Below are positions 62,714 through 63,637 of a stretch of 63,637 nucleotides of DNA, piece by piece; the first letter of the stretch is position 1; each line of letters begins with the position of its first letter. Both the position numbers and the translations under genes were made by a program. The stretch is from Octopus bimaculoides. Taxonomy: Eukaryota. The notes under the pieces were generated by a model. It searched no databases, was not told the origin of the DNA, and saw only the letters and a list, made by a program, of their open reading frames with translations. The DNA is taken from NCBI RefSeq assembly GCF_001194135.2, contig NC_068990.1, positions 34,013,735-34,077,371 of the forward strand. Direction: 5' to 3'.

Positions 62714-63534
62714 TTTGCTGTAGAAACTGAACATGTGTCTTTTGGTTCAGTGGTCCTTAAACTTAACTTTGTAGATATTAGACATTTTTTTTTATCATGT
62801 TTGTACAGTAAGGAATGTTTGAAAACATTAACATAGCAAACATCGATAACAGAAATCATATAAAACAAAATTCTTTAGTGTAGACGACAGATTTCTCATA
62901 TTAGTTTCCAGTTTAGTCATTACAAGTATACTGTGGAGACTTGTGGGTTGTTCATTCAAAAACAATAGATGAAAATTAAAATAACTCAGGTAGACCCCAC
63001 CCAGCAAACCGGATTTTTCATATCTCTCACACAAAAAACAGTAACTATCATCAGAAATTTTATAACATGCAGGTTTGTCCTCCCCAGAAAAGATAAAACA
63101 ATTTCCTCCATTAAATGATAATGTACAAACATCTTCATAAAGATATCAAACTGGGAAGCAAGTGAAATACTTCAGATATTGTCCATTAGTGCAAGTTATT
63201 GCACATAAAAGGCATAGTATAAATGTGCAGATAAAAGATTTATTTTCCTCATGAAGATGAAGTGGTTGCAACAAAATCTATATCCTCGTGGATACGTATG
63301 TATATAGACGTATAAACGACAGATGGAATGGCGGACAGAGATAGAAAAGAGGGAATCTATTGTGAATGAGAAAATGATTTCAACTTTCTCTATTGTTCTT
63401 TTATTATCACTACATTTTCAAAGACAATTCTATAAGTAATTTACTTTGAAGTCAACCAGATTATTCATCTATGCATATATAAATATAGTAAAAACTATGT
63501 GTGCATGTGTGCACAGGTCTACAGGTCTGCAAAG

Positions 63535-63601
63535 ACATATATATATACACACACACATACATATATATACACACATATATATACATATACACATAGATGC
63601 A

Positions 63602-63637
<36 letters not shown>
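63535..63637. repeat. (TA)n/(CA)n microsatellite
   Basis: Direct reading. Confidence 0.95.

Overview
Eukaryotic, AT-rich, repeat-dominated scaffold with many N gaps (e.g. 2109-2957, 8188-8324, 15770-16177, 28859-29150, 52364-52538, 62458-62672). The repeat families look like those I recall from octopod cephalopod (Octopus) genomes; this taxon call is inference, not a database hit. No protein-coding host gene can be named with confidence, and the window reads as intronic or intergenic. Supported content: (1) three tRNA-derived SINE families (family A: CORE-like head, internal (TA)n(TG)n, Meta-like tail; family B: (ATT)n-associated; one V-domain-like copy with a TSD); (2) many 3' ends of an RTE-clade LINE with (GAT)n tails; (3) a 1.4-kb L1/Tx1 ORF2 remnant; (4) a Penelope-like GIY-YIG remnant; (5) three Tc1/mariner relics (two mariner, one DD37D/maT); (6) hAT-Charlie, piggyBac-type and foldback MITEs; (7) abundant micro- and minisatellites. 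The most unusual structures are a 113-bp near-perfect inverted repeat whose spacer has splice-site-like ends (59845-60358), a 61-bp perfect hairpin (30436-30566) and a closely spaced inverted young SINE pair. There is also a speculative, phase-compatible chain of small minus-strand exons. Most long ORFs in the supplied track are artefacts of N runs or microsatellites. All alignments and translations were done by eye, so boundaries of old repeats are approximate.
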